A stretch of 64,000 nt of DNA. Source: Macrostomum lignano (lineage: Eukaryota). The position numbers and the translations under genes are program-made. The notes beneath the pieces were generated by a model. That model saw only the letters and a program-made list of their open reading frames with translations, had not been told where the DNA came from and ran no database searches. Location of the stretch: contig NIVC01000356.1 of assembly GCA_002269645.1 (NCBI GenBank), forward strand, positions 372,001 to 436,000, written 5' to 3'. Below, piece by piece: positions 37,901 to 51,300 of this stretch. Position 1 is the stretch's first letter. Each line of letters opens with the position of its first letter.

Positions 37901-40900
37901 GAGTCAGAGTAGGAATTGGTGATAATGAGTCAGAGTAGGAATTGGTGATAATGAGTCAGAGTAGGAATTGGTGATAATGAGTCAGAGTAGGAATTGGTGA
38001 TAATGAGTCAGAGTAGGAATTGGTGATAATGAGTCAGAGTAGGAATTGGTGATAATGAGTCAGAGTAGGAATTGGTGATAATGAGTCAGAGTAGGAATTG
38101 GTGATAATGAGTCAGAGTAGGAATTGGTGATAATGAGTCAGAGTAGGAATTGGTGATAATGAGTCAGAGTAGGAATTGGTGATAATGAGTCAGATAGGAA
38201 TTGGTGATAATGAGTCAGATTAGGAATTGGTGATAATGAGTCAGATTAGGAATTGGTGATAATGAGTCAGAGTAGGAATTGGTGATAATGAGTCAGAGTA
38301 GGAATTGGTGATAATGAGTCAGATAGGAATTGGTGATAATGAGTCAGATTAGGAATTGGTGATAATGAGTCAGATTAGGAATTGGTGATAATGAGTCAGA
38401 GTAGGAATTGGTGATAATGAGTCAGAGTAGGAATTGGTGATAATGAGTCAGAGTAGGAATTGGTGATAATGAGTCAGAGTAGGAATTGGTGATAATGAGT
38501 CAGAGTAGGAATTGGTGATAATGAGTCAGATTAGGAATTGGTGATAATGAGTCAGAGTAGGAATTGGTGATAATGAGTCAGAGTAGGAATTGGTGATAAT
38601 GAGTCAGATAGGAATTGGTGATAATGAGTCAGAGTAGGAATTGGTGATAATGAGTCAGAGTAGGAATTGGTGATAATGAGTCAGAGTAGGAATTGGTGAT
38701 AATGAGTCAGATAGGAATTGGTGATAATGAGTCAGATTAGGAATTGGTGATAATGAGTCAGATTAGGAATTGGTGATAATGAGTCAGATAGGAATTGGTG
38801 ATAATGAGTCAGATTAGGAATTGGTGATAATGAGTCAGATTAGGAATTGGTGATAATGAGTCAGATTAGGAATTGGTGATAATGAGTCAGAGTAGGAATT
38901 GGTGATAATGAGTCAGAGTAGGAATTGGTGATAATGAGTCAGAGTAGGAATTGGTGATAATGAGTCAGAGTAGGAATTGGTGATAATGAGTCAGATTAGG
39001 AATTGGTGATAATGAGTCAGATTAGGAATTGGTGATAATGAGTCAGATTAGGAATTGGTGATAATGAGTCAGAGTAGGAATTGGTGATAATGAGTCAGAG
39101 TAGGAATTGGTGATAATGAGTCAGAGTAGGAATTGGTGATAATGAGTCAGAGTAGGAATTGGTGATAATGAGTCAGAGTAGGAATTGGTGATAATGAGTC
39201 AGAGTAGGAATTGGTGATAATGAGTCAGAGTAGGAATTGGTGATAATGAGTCAGATAGGAATTGGTGATAATGAGTCAGATTAGGAATTGGTGATAATGA
39301 GTCAGATTAGGAATTGGTGATAATGAGTCAGAGTAGGAATTGGTGATAATGAGTCAGAGTAGGAATTGGTGATAATGAGTCAGAGTAGGAATTGGTGATA
39401 ATGAGTCAGAGTAGGAATTGGTGATAATGAGTCAGAGTAGGAATTGGTGATAATGAGTCAGAGTAGGAATTGGTGATAATGAGTCAGAGTAGGAATTGGT
39501 GATAATGAGTCAGAGTAGGAATTGGTGATAATGAGTCAGAGTAGGAATTGGTGATAATGAGTCAGAGTAGGAATTGGTGATAATGAGTCAGAGTAGGAAT
39601 TGGTGATAATGAGTCAGATAGGAATTGGTGATAATGAGTCAGAGTAGGAATTGGTGATAATGAGTCAGAGTAGGAATTGGTGATAATGAGTCAGAGTAGG
39701 AATTGGTGATAATGAGTCAGAGTAGGAATTGGTGATAATGAGTCAGATTAGGAATTGGTGATAATGAGTCAGATAGGAATTGGTGATAATGAGTCAGATA
39801 GGAATTGGTGATAATGAGTCAGAGTAGGAATTGGTGATAATGAGTCAGAGTAGGAATTGGTGATAATGAGTCAGATTAGGAATTGGTGATAATGAGTCAG
39901 AGTAGGAATTGGTGATAATGAGTCAGAGTAGGAATTGGTGATAATGAGTCAGAGTAGGAATTGGTGATAATGAGTCAGAGTAGGAATTGGTGATAATGAG
40001 TCAGAGTAGGAATTGGTGATAATGAGTCAGAGTAGGAATTGGTGATAATGAGTCAGATTAGGAATTGGTGATAATGAGTCAGATAGGAATTGGTGATAAT
40101 GAGTCAGAGTAGGAATTGGTGATAATGAGTCAGAGTAGGAATTGGTGATAATGAGTCAGATTAGGAATTGGTGATAATGAGTCAGAGTAGGAATTGGTGA
40201 TAATGAGTCAGAGTAGGAATTGGTGATAATGAGTCAGATTAGGAATTGGTGATAATGAGTCAGATTAGGAATTGGTGATAATGAGTCAGATTAGGAATTG
40301 GTGATAATGAGTCAGATTAGGAATTGGTGATAATGAGTCAGATTAGGAATTGGTGATAATGAGTCAGAGTAGGAATTGGTGATAATGAGTCAGATTAGGA
40401 ATTGGTGATAATGAGTCAGAGTAGGAATTGGTGATAATGAGTCAGATTAGGAATTGGTGATAATGAGTCAGATTAGGAATTGGTGATAATGAGTCAGATA
40501 GGAATTGGTGATAATGAGTCAGAGTAGGAATTGGTGATAATGAGTCAGAGTAGGAATTGGTGATAATGAGTCAGATAGGAATTGGTGATAATGAGTCAGA
40601 GTAGGAATTGGTGATAATGAGTCAGATTAGGAATTGGTGATAATGAGTCAGATAGGAATTGGTGATAATGAGTCAGAGTAGGAATTGGTGATAATGAGTC
40701 AGAGTAGGAATTGGTGATAATGAGTCAGAGTAGGAATTGGTGATAATGAGTCAGATTAGGAATTGGTGATAATGAGTCAGAGTAGGAATTGGTGATAATG
40801 AGTCAGATTAGGAATTGGTGATAATGAGTCAGATTAGGAATTGGTGATAATGAGTCAGATTAGGAATTGGTGATAATGAGTCAGAGTAGGAATTGGTGAT

Positions 40901-43793
40901 AATGAGTCAGAGTAGGAATTGGTGATAATGAGTCAGATTAGGAATTGGTGATAACGAGCCGGTTTTGTTGCTGGTGAATAGCACACTTCACAGACGCAGA
41001 AAACAACAAAATATTTAAACTGCAATTCAAATAATCCCATTGGTTTGTTTTACCGAACAATGGAAAACCCAAAAGCCACAGGACAGACAGACAAGACAGA
41101 TGGGACAATGCTCAAGTTTGTGTTGAGTTGAGAGTCTACAATCTAGGCGTGGACACAATTGCTAGAAATATGAGTAGAACCATTATCATAGCAAAAAAAC
41201 GGTTGCTAGAACGCGACTGCCAAGTGCGCTATGCACTTTAATTTTGTCTAGTAATCATGTTTATTATGTTTTTGTTAGTCTTTCTGCAAATTTCAACTTT
41301 GACAGCAAAAACTAAACAGTAAACGTGATTTATTATTATTACTAGCAGTAGTAAACGAATTAACAATCAAACTGAGACAACAGGCGGTTGCCAGAATCTA
41401 TTGTACAAAGCTGGGTGGCTGCTCGTTATAATAACTATAACAGTACACGTGTACTTTATAACGAATTGAAGCATAGAAGTTTACCTGAACATTAACTAAT
41501 TATCATTACTAGAAAAAGATTCTTGAAGCACCGGAGAAGAGCACTGAAATTATTCGCGAAAAAAACCTCCATAAACTACTGGTAAGGCCTATTGCGATGG
41601 CCTCAAACCAGCTAGGATGAAGAAGCAGAATGGATTGCTAATCTAGCAGCCAATGTGAATAAAGGAACATAATGGATTGCTAATCTATTCAATGTGAATA
41701 AAGGAGGAGAATGGATTGCTAATCTAGCCAATGTGAATGAACAGAACGGATTGCTAATCTAGCCAATGTGAATGGAGTAGAATGGATTGCTAATCTAGCC
41801 AATGTGAATGGAGTAGAATGGATTGCTAATCTAGCAGCCAATGTGAATGGAGTAGAATGGATTGCTAATCTAGCAGCCAATTTGAATGGAGTAGAATGGA
41901 TTGCTAATCTAGCCAATTTGAATGGAGTAGAATGGATTGCTAATCTAGCCAATGTGAATGGAGTAGAATGGATTGCTAATCTATTCAATGTGAATAAAGG
42001 AGGAGAATGGATTGCTAATCTAGCCAATGTGAATGGAGTAGAATGGATTGCTAATCTAGCCAATGTGAATGGAGTAGAATGGATTGCTAATCTAGCCAAT
42101 GTGAATGGAGTAGAATGGATTGCTAATCTAGCCAATGTGAATGGAGTAGAATGGATTGCTAATCTAGCCAATGTGAATGGAGTAGAATGGATTGCTAATC
42201 TAGCCAATGTGAATGGAGTAGAATGGATTGCTAATCTAGCCAATGTGAATGGAGTAGAATGGATTGCTAATCTAGCCAATGTGAATGGAGTAGAATGGAT
42301 TGCTAATCTAGCAGCCAATTTGAATGGAGTAGAATGGATTGCTAATCTAGCCAATGTGAAAGGAGTAGAATGGATTGCTAATCTAGCCAATGTGAATGGA
42401 GTAGAATGGATTGCTAATCTAGCCAATGTGAATGGAGTAGAATGGATTGCTAATCTAGCCAATGTGAATGGAGTAGAATGGATTGCTAATCTAGCCAATT
42501 TGAATGGAGTAGAATGGATTGCTAATCTAGCCAATTTGAATGGAGTAGAATGGATTGCTAATCTAGCCAATGTGAATGGAGTAGAATGGATTGCTAATCT
42601 AGCAGCCAATTTGAATGGAGTAGAATGGATTGCTAATCTAGCCAATGTGAATGGAGTAGAATGGATTGCTAATCTAGCAGCCAATTTGAATCGAGTAGAA
42701 TGGATTGCTAATCTAGCCAATGTGAATAGAGTAGAATGAATTGCTAATCTATCGAACAGCTAAAAACTCTTACCGGCAGCTCCGGCTGAAGTGACGGCAT
42801 TGACAGAACCGACGAACTCCGCGAAGTCTGTCGTCGAGACGACGAACCCTTGGCTGCACCGCCGCCGCGGCGTCGGCCGCCACCGGAGGCGACAGCGTTG
42901 GCGGCAACAGCGGCAGCTTTCCGACCGCCGTAGCGACGCTTGCCGCCGCCTTCGCCTCCTCTGCCGCCGCCCCCCTCCCTGCCAGCGGAGTAGCCGAACG
43001 TGTCGTCCCAGTCGGAATTGGCGTCGGAAAAATCGTCGTCTCCGCCGGCGTTGCCAGCCGAATTCGACATAAACTGCTGCTGTTGCTGTTGGTGAAGCGA
43101 CGTAGCCGACGATGACGGCATGTCGCCGTCAAGCACGGCCGGACTGCTGGCCGAATCGGTCGGGTCGTAGGCGCTGACGGGCAGGCGATTCAGCGACACC
43201 AGAGGGTGGCCGGGGTGCTGCTGAAGATGGCGAGGCATTTCATTGGCTATTAGATAGGCACAGAGCAACAATTAAATAGCTAATTATATGACGAGTCAGC
43301 GGTGTTATTACAAGCAGTCAAGTTACTCTCCCTGTTTACCCAGAGAACCACAGCAACAGTTTCTCGACTGCTGCTAATTACATGACGAGGCGAGCATAGT
43401 TACTCCCAATATTTACCCAAATAAGCATTTTATCCCACTCACCCGCATCAACTGCTGCATAGCAACCGCCGAGTCCGGCCCGCTAGCCGCCAAATCGTTG
43501 GCGCCATTCTCTCCAACACGTTTGCGTTTTTTCAGCCAACGAGCAGCGGGATAGCGCCAGACTAGGTACGGCTGATCGGGCGCCAGGCGCTCCTTGGTGC
43601 TGCGATAGAGGCGGCAGGGCTTCTGCGCTACGCCCGAGGCCGGGTCCAGATACGGCAGGTGAGCTCGCCTGGACTGCAGTCGGCTGGTATTGAACGACGA
43701 GGCGCCCGAGATGAACCGCTCGTAGTCCGGGGTGCCCCGCTCTAGGGCGTAGCCGCGTAGACTGCTGTGAGCAGCTGCTGAGCCAGTAATCAT
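28944..43793 (-). CDS. DPF2: d4/DPF-family (DPF1/2/3, BAF45/requiem-like) double-PHD protein; last exon contains apparent frameshifts
   Basis: Exon 43793-43443 encodes the Requiem N-terminal domain ([13 protein letters not shown]...[13 protein letters not shown]). Exon 43220-42774 is low complexity. Exon 29634-28944 has CDLC ... [15 protein letters not shown] and canonical PHD2 [56 protein letters not shown] and CADC lie in different frames. The symbol stands for the family, not one-to-one orthology. Confidence 0.88.
29940..40953. repeat. 11-kb satellite, 26-bp unit AGGAATTGGTGATAATGAGTCAGA(G/T)T, ~420 copies, inside DPF intron 2
   Basis: Highly homogeneous, with two main single-base variants plus a 25-bp deletion variant. 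Copy number is length divided by unit. Confidence 0.98.
41620..42750. repeat. 36/39-bp minisatellite AATGTGAATGGAGTAGAATGGATTGCTAATCTAGCC
   Basis: Starts about 25 nt into DPF intron 2. Confidence 0.95.
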
Positions 43794-43808
43794 GGAGATG
43801 GTCTATTG

Positions 43809-43815
43809 CTGAAAA
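43809..43815 (-). promoter_or_regulatory. Unpaired 3' splice acceptor (TTTTCAG) 15 nt upstream of the DPF ATG; candidate trans-splice site or 5'UTR acceptor
   Basis: Minus strand reads GTACTTTTCAG|CAATAGACCATCTCCATG. Confidence 0.5.
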
Positions 43816-43889
43816 GTACAGTGTGTACTTTGGATGAACTGCGTTCCATTAAGGCTCAAATTTTAGGTTGTCTAAAATGACTCAAAGTA

Positions 43890-44570
43890 TGAAGTTAACT
43901 CAGGTAATTGGGTCATTGTACTAAAGTTCACTCAGGTAATTGTGTCATTGTACTAAAGTTCACTCAGTTAATTGTGTCATTGTACTAAAGTTCACTCAGG
44001 CAATTGTGTCATTGTACTAAAGTTCACTCAGGTAATTGTGTCATTGTACTAAAGTTCACTCAGGTAATTGTGTCATTGTACTAAAGTTCACTCAGGTAAT
44101 TAAGTCATCATTGTACTAAAGTTCACTCAGGTAATTGGGTCATTGTACTAAAGTTCACTCAGGTAATTGTGTCATTGTACTAAAGTTCACTCAGGTAATT
44201 AAGTCATCATTGTACTAAAGTTCACTCAGGTAATTGGGTCATTGTACTAAAGTTCACTCAGGTAATTGTGTCATTGTACTAAAGTTCACTCAGGTAATTA
44301 AGTCATCATTGTACTAAAGTTCACTCAGGTAATTGGGTCATTGTACTAAAGTTCACTCAGGTAATTGTGTCATTGTACTAAAGTTCACTCAGGTAATTAA
44401 GTCATCATTGTACTAAAGTTCACTCAGGTAATTGGGTCATTGTACTAAAGTTCACTCAGGTAATTGTGTCATTGTACTAAAGTTCACTCAGGTAATTAAG
44501 TCATCATTGTACTAAAGTTCACTCAGGTAATTGGGTCATTGTACTAAAGTTCACTCAGGTAATTGGGTCA
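43890..44570. repeat. 32/35-bp minisatellite TCATTGTACTAAAGTTCACTCAGGTAATTGTG
   Basis: Between DIS3L2b and DPF. Confidence 0.94.
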
Positions 44571-45350
44571 CTTAATTAGGTAATCAGATAATGGCACTAA
44601 GGGTCATTTAATCATGCACTTACTCTTAATGAGAATAATAATATAATTAACTAAATAAATGATGACAGAAAACAAACAATGCACGCTAATAATATATAAT
44701 AATCTTCATATAATTTAACAGTGGTTGCTATAGAGCTCTTATCGATGTCACGCATTTGAATAATTAAATTAAATATTAAAAGGGCCACATACCTGAAGCT
44801 ACGGGGAGATGACAACTAAAGACATTCTAAGGAAAGACAATAATTTTTGACGCAGATTAAAAGAGATGCATAAATTCAGAATCTAATAGCTTAGTAAATA
44901 GAATCAGTTTAGAGACCAGTTAATACTTGCATTTAACTAAGTAGTATAGCAGGGAAATTTTACATTAAAACCAGTTTGATTCGCAAAACAGTACATTTTA
45001 ACAAACGAAGTTCTGCTAATCACATATTCTACTAGCCAATTAAATATTCAATAAGTACACCGAAGCATTAGATGACAGTGTAAGCTGCCGTTTTGTATTG
45101 GCACAAGGTGCAACAAGTCGGGATATAACAGTGAAACAAATACAGACTATAGAGCGATAAATTAATAATCAGACAAAAAAATTGAAATCCAGTCAAGTCG
45201 AAAAAAACGAACGAATTCTCTACAAGAAAAACGTTTCAAACAAATTAAATTTATCAAACCAAAAAACCAAAGAAAATGCTTGATATAATAATATATTATT
45301 GCAGAATTCAGTTGCTAATGCAAAATCAGTTAAAATGCAAGGGCCGATGT

Positions 45351-48300
45351 TTAACAGCCGGTGCCCACCGGAGTGTCGTCGCACAGGTCGCATGACGGAG
45401 GCTTCAACAGCAGTTTCAGCCGCATGGGGTCGTCCTTGCTCAGGCAGCTGGACACGACCACCTCTATGGTGGACATTGGGCACAGCGTCAGGTGGTGGCT
45501 GGCCGAGTGGCAGCCGTTGAAGTGCAGACTGAGCTGGCCGCAGCCCTGCAGAGGGGTTCAAGTGCGACTGTATTTGGGAGGCAACTGAGGATCTGAGAGG
45601 CTAGCACAGCAACTGGGGATCTGGGAGACTGGGCCAGCAACTGGGGATCTGGGAGGCTGACCCAGCAACTGACACTCTGGGAGGCTGGTCCAGCAACTGG
45701 GGATCTGGGAGGCTGGCCCAGCAACTGGGGATCTGGGAGGCTGGCCCAGCAACTGGGGATCTGGGAGGCTGGCCCAGCAACTGGGGATCTGGGAGGCTGG
45801 CCCAGCAACTGAGGATCTGGGAGGCTGGCCCAGCAACTGGGGATCTGGGAGGCTGGCCCAGCAACCGTCACTCTGGGAGGCTGGCCCAGCACCTGAGGAT
45901 CTGGGAGGCTGGCCCAGCAACCGTCACTCTGGGAGGCTGGCCCAGCAACTGACACTCTGGGAGGCTGGCCCAGCAACTGAGGATCTGGGAGGCTGGCCCA
46001 GCACCTGAGGATCTGGGAGGCTGGCCCAGCACCTGAGGATCTGGGAGGCTGGCCCAGCAACCGTCACTCTGGGAGGCTGGCCCAGCAACCGTCACTCTGG
46101 GAGGCTGGCCCAGCACCTGAGGATCTGGGAGGCTGGCCCAGCAACCGTCACTCTGGGAGGCTGGCCCAGCAACCGTCACTCTGGGAGGCTGGCCCAGCAA
46201 CTGAGGATCTGGGAGGCTGGCCCAGCAACTGGGGATTTGGGTTGTGTTTGCCAAAGCAGGAAGAGGCTAATCCGACCCCACCTGCACAGCGCCAGCCCTG
46301 AACTCGTGCGACTTGCGCAGCATTGGCGCCTGCTGGTCCATGTAGAGGCGGCGCACCAGTCCGCAGCGGGTGAGCAGGACGTCCATGGCTTTGTCCAGGA
46401 CGCCGATAACAACGCCAACTTCGTCTAGGGGGCCGTTAGCAATCACAAAGGCGGCATAGTGCAAGTCAATGCTCCGCTCGCCGGCCTCTTTTGCGTCCTT
46501 CTTTTTCTTGTTGCAGACTTGCGCCTGGTCTGTTAGGCTCTCAACAGTCTCTGCCTGAAGATGTTTTATGGTGGCATGACGTTAAAGGTAAGAACTGGCT
46601 TCTTTGCATAATAGGCTAATGATTAATGAGGATGGGTTAATGATAAGAATAAATATTATATATTTTTCAATCCTACTTGCAGTAGTAGGCTAGCTAAAAC
46701 ACTAATAAAATTTCAATTCAACTTGCAGTAGTAGGCTAGCTAAAACACTAAATAAAATTTCAATGCTACTTGCAGTAGTAGGCTAGCTAAAACACTAATA
46801 AAATTTCAATTCTACTTGCAGTAGTAGGCTAGCTAAAACACTAAATTCATTTTCAATACTACTTGCAGTAGTAGGCTAGCTAAAACACTAAATAAAATTT
46901 CAATACTACTTGTAGTAGTAGGCTAGCTAAAACACTAAATAAAATTTCAATTCTACTTGCAGTAGTAGGCTAGCTAAAACACTAAATAAAATTTCAATTC
47001 TACTTGCAGTAGTAGGCTAGCTAAAACACTAAATAAAATTTCAATCCTACTTGCAGTAGTAGACTAGCTAAAACACAAAATAAAATTTCAATTCTACTTG
47101 CAGTAGTAGGCTAGCTAAAACACAAAATAAAATTTCAATTCTACTTGCAGTAGTAGTCTAGCTAAAACACTAAATAAAATTTCAATCCTACTTGCAGTAG
47201 TAGACTAGCTAAAACACAAAATAAAATTTCAATTCTACTTGCAGTAGTAGGCTAGCTAAAACACTAAATAAAATTTCAATCCTACTTGCAGTAGTAGACT
47301 AGCTAAAACACAAAATAAAATTTCAATTCTACTTGCAGTAGTAGGCTAGCTAAAACACTAAATTCATTTTCAATACTACTTGCAGTAGTAGGCTAGCTAA
47401 AACACTAAATAAAATTTCAATTCTACTTGCAGTAGTAGGCTAGCTAAAACACTAAATAAAATTTCAATCCTACTTGCAGTAGTAGACTAGCTAAAACACA
47501 AAATAAAATTTCAATTCTACTTGCAGTAGTAGGCTAGCTAAAACACTAAATAAAATTTCAATCCTACTTGCAGTAGTAGACTAGCTAAAACACAAAATAA
47601 AATTTCAATCCTACTTGCAGTAGTAGACTAGCTAAAACACAAAATAAAATTTCAATTCTACTTGCAGTAGTAGGCTAGCTAAAACACCAAATTCAGTTTC
47701 AATCTTACTTGCTAGCTAGCTAAAAAACAGCACTACTAAAACTCATAGCGCAAGCAGGATGATAAAACAGAGCACAACAATAACAAAATTCCGCACCAGC
47801 TGAACAATAGACTGGTCCAGCTCGAGGCCGGAGTCGCTGCACACCGCTGCGCACAGCTGCCTGTGCACGACAACATCCGCGTAGCGCCGTATCGGAGACG
47901 TGAAGTGGGTGTAGAGCGGCACATTCAGAGCGTAGTGCCGCCACAGGTCCGGGTGCTTGGCGGAGCCGATGCAGAAGTACTTGGCAAGCTGCATTTGCTT
48001 TGCGCACAGGCTTAGCAAGCAGAGGTGCTGCTCCGAGTCCAGTACCTGTGCGGCCTGCCGTTTTTAATGGGATGAACAAATTGGGGTTAAGAAGGTTGTG
48101 GGATACTTTTTGGGTAGTTTCAACGGGTAGTTTGGGAAGCTTTTGTTAGTAGTTTTGAGAATTTTTCTTCGGGTAGTTTTAAGAGATACTTTGCGGCAGT
48201 TTTGAAAGGTGCTTTGCGGCAGTTTTGAGAGATGTTTTGCGGCAGTTTTTAGAGTTGCTTTGCGGCAGTTTTGAGAGATGCTTTGCGGCAGTTTTGAGAG

Positions 48301-51300
48301 ATGTTTTGCGGCAGTTTTTAGAGTTGCTTTGCGGCAGTTTTGAGAGATGCTTTGCGGCAGTTTTGAGAGATACTTTGGGGAAGTTTTTAAAGATGCTTTT
48401 TGGCAGTTTTGAGAGATGCATTGCGGCAGATTTGAGAGATGTTTTGCGGCAGTTTTGAGAGATGTTTTGCGGCAGTTTTGAGAGATGCTTTGCAGCAGTT
48501 TTGAGAGATACTTTGGGGAAGTTTTTAAAGATGCTTTGCGGCAGTTTTGAGAGATACTTTGGGGAAGTTTTTAAAGATGCTTTTTGGCAGTTTTGAGAGA
48601 TGCATTGCGGCAGATTTGAGAGATGTTTTGCGGCAGTTTTGAGAGATGCTTTGCAGCAGTTTTGAGAGATACTTTGGGGAAGTTTTTAAAGATGCTTTGC
48701 GGCAGTTTTGAGAGATACTTTGGGGAAGTTTTTAAAGATGCTTTTTGGCAGTTTTGAGAGATGCATTGCGGCAGTTTTGAGAGATACTTTGGGGAAGTTT
48801 TTAAAGATGCTTTTTGGCAGTTTTGAGAGATGCATTGCGGCAGATTTGAGAGATGTTTTGCGGCAGTTTTGAGAGATGCTTTGCAGCAGTTTTGAGAGAT
48901 ACTTTGCTGTTTAGAGATTTTTAGTAGGTTAGATATTTTGATTTATGGTCAGTTTTGAGATGGTTCTAGTACTTGCATGTTTGCGGGCCCATATCAATAA
49001 TTGAAATTCACTCCGGACACACCTGTCCCAGGCTGGCCTGCAGGGTGCCAGACGAGCCCACATCCAGCTGCACTCCCAGAGCACTCGAAGTCTTCTTCAA
49101 AGCCTGCAGCGCCCGCTCCGACGGCGGCATGTGGCGCCTCAGAAATGCCAAATCTGGCTGAGAGTCGCGCAGCTTATGCGCCACAGAACAGTTGGCCAAT
49201 AGCATGAACTCTTCAATCATTCTGTTGCTGTCTCTCAGCTCGTACACTGAGAATGCGATTGGCGGCGCGGAGGCGCCAGCGTCGGCGCCGTCGGTTGGCG
49301 CCTCGGCCAGTCGGAAGGTCAGACGCGGCTGATCGATTCGAAGGGCGCCGTCGGAAAAGCGTTGGCGGCGTAGTTTAACAGCCAGACTGTGCATGGCGCG
49401 CACGCTATCGGCCACGGATTGCACGGTGTGCGGCGCTTCTACACGGGCCGAGGCGCGGCGCAGGTCCGACATGAGAGCGACCTCTTCGGTAGTGTTGGAG
49501 CCGGATTCCTTCTGGCCGGCTGCATCAGCCATCTGCGGCAATTGGAGGGGCGGTTTAGGGGAATTTGAAGGCTCGAAGGGGCGATTGTTAATGCCAGTTG
49601 AACCATGTGGCGACTCTAGATGTGGTTTACAGGCAAATCTAGGTGGTTTACAGGCAAATCTAGGGGTGGCTTACAGGCGATCTAGAGGTGGTTTACAGAG
49701 GACTCTAGAGGTGGTTTATATGGACGAATCTAGAGGTGCTTTACAGACGACTCTAGAGGTGGTTTACAGGCAAATCTAAAGGTGGTTTACAGGCGATCTA
49801 GAGGTGGTTTACAGACAAATCTAGAGGTTGTTTACAGAGAAAACTAGAGGTGGTTTACAGGCGAATCTAGTGGTGGTTTACAGGCGATCTAGAGGTGGTT
49901 TACAGGCGAATCTAGCGGTGGTTTACAGGCGATCTAGAGGTGGCTTACAGGCGATTCTAGAGGTGGTTTACAGACAAATCTAGAGGTTGTTTACAGAGAA
50001 ATCTAGAGGTGGTTTACAGGCGAATCTAGTGGTGGTTTACAGGCGACTCTAGCGGTGGTTTACAGGCGATCTAGAGGTGGCTTACAGGCGACTCTAGGGG
50101 TGGTTTACAGGCGACTCTAGCGGTGGCTTACAGGCGATCTAGAGGTGGTTTACAGGCGAATCTAGCGGTGGTTTACAGGCGATCTAGAGGTGGCTTACAG
50201 GCGATTCTAGAGGTGGCTACAGGCGATTTTAGAGGTGGCTACAGATGAATCTAAAGGTGTCTTACAGACGAATCTAGAGGTGGTGTACAGGCGACTCTAG
50301 CGGTGGTTTACAGGCGATCTAGAGGTGGCTTACAGGCGACTCTAGGGGTGGTTTACAGGCGACTCTAGCGGTGGTTTACAGCGACTCTAGAGATGGTTTA
50401 CAGACGAATGTAGAGGTGGCTTACAGGCGATTTTAGAGGTGGCTACAGATGAATCTAAAGGTGTCTTACAGGCGAATCTAGAGGTGGTTTATATAGACGA
50501 ATCTAGAGGTGCTTTACAGACGACTCTAGCGGTGGTTTACAGGCGATCTAGAGGTGGTTTACAGGCGACTCTAGGTGGTTTACAGGCGAATCTAGAGGTG
50601 GTTTACAGACGACTCTAGAGGTGATTTTTGGACGATTATAGAGGCAGTCCAAGCTCAGTCGGACCCTACTCCTAAACACACCTGAGCATCTCCGCCCAGG
50701 TCCACTTCTTGCGGCTCCCGCATATCGGAATGGCCCTCAATAAAGTGCTGCGCGTGCTGGTAGCTCAGCTGACAGCAGGACCGAATGATAGACTTGCCGA
50801 ACCAAGTAGATTTAACCTCGCAGCTGTTGGGATCAATTCGCCAAACAACGCTAAACGCAAGTTTGTCTTCGCGCGGATTCAACGAGCACAGCTGTTCGCA
50901 TAGACGGCGCGGCAGCATTGGATAGGCCCGCTGCACCAAGTAGGTGGTGGTGGCCCTGGCGCGTGCGACGGCGTCCACTTTGGAGCCGGGCCGAACGTAG
51001 TGGGACACGTCCGCGATGTGTACACCAACCTGGTTGGGGGGGGGGGGGTTCCATAGTTGCTGAGTGTTACTCACTGCACTGGGAGACAGATGGAATTGTT
51101 CTTCAAAGCAGACAGAATTTGGTTTGAACAGAAAAATTCCAATCTATTCTCTCCTTAACAATCTCAAGTATAACTTTTACAGACAAATTGTCATCGTCAC
51201 TCACTTCAACAAAAAGATTACTAAAACTGCCTAAAATGTCACTTCAGCAGAATCAATGTTTCTTCAGCAGACTAAATTTCACTCCAGCAGACTAAATCTC

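Noticed and set aside
29940-40953. CRISPR-like or encoded-information interpretation of the 26-bp array
   Set aside because: Units are head-to-tail with no unique spacers, there are no cas genes, and the context is eukaryotic. The variant pattern is explained by block duplication.
41719-42739. Antiparallel 333-aa and 323-aa ORFs ([12 protein letters not shown] / [12 protein letters not shown] repeats)
   Set aside because: Translation of a 36/39-bp intronic minisatellite whose unit is a multiple of 3 with no stop. It lies inside a well-defined DPF intron and has no unique domain.
45220-45561. [14 protein letters not shown]... as the last DIS3L2b exon
   Set aside because: The S1-homologous sequence (GCGQLSLHF...LKLLLKPP) is in another frame, entered through the acceptor at 45546.
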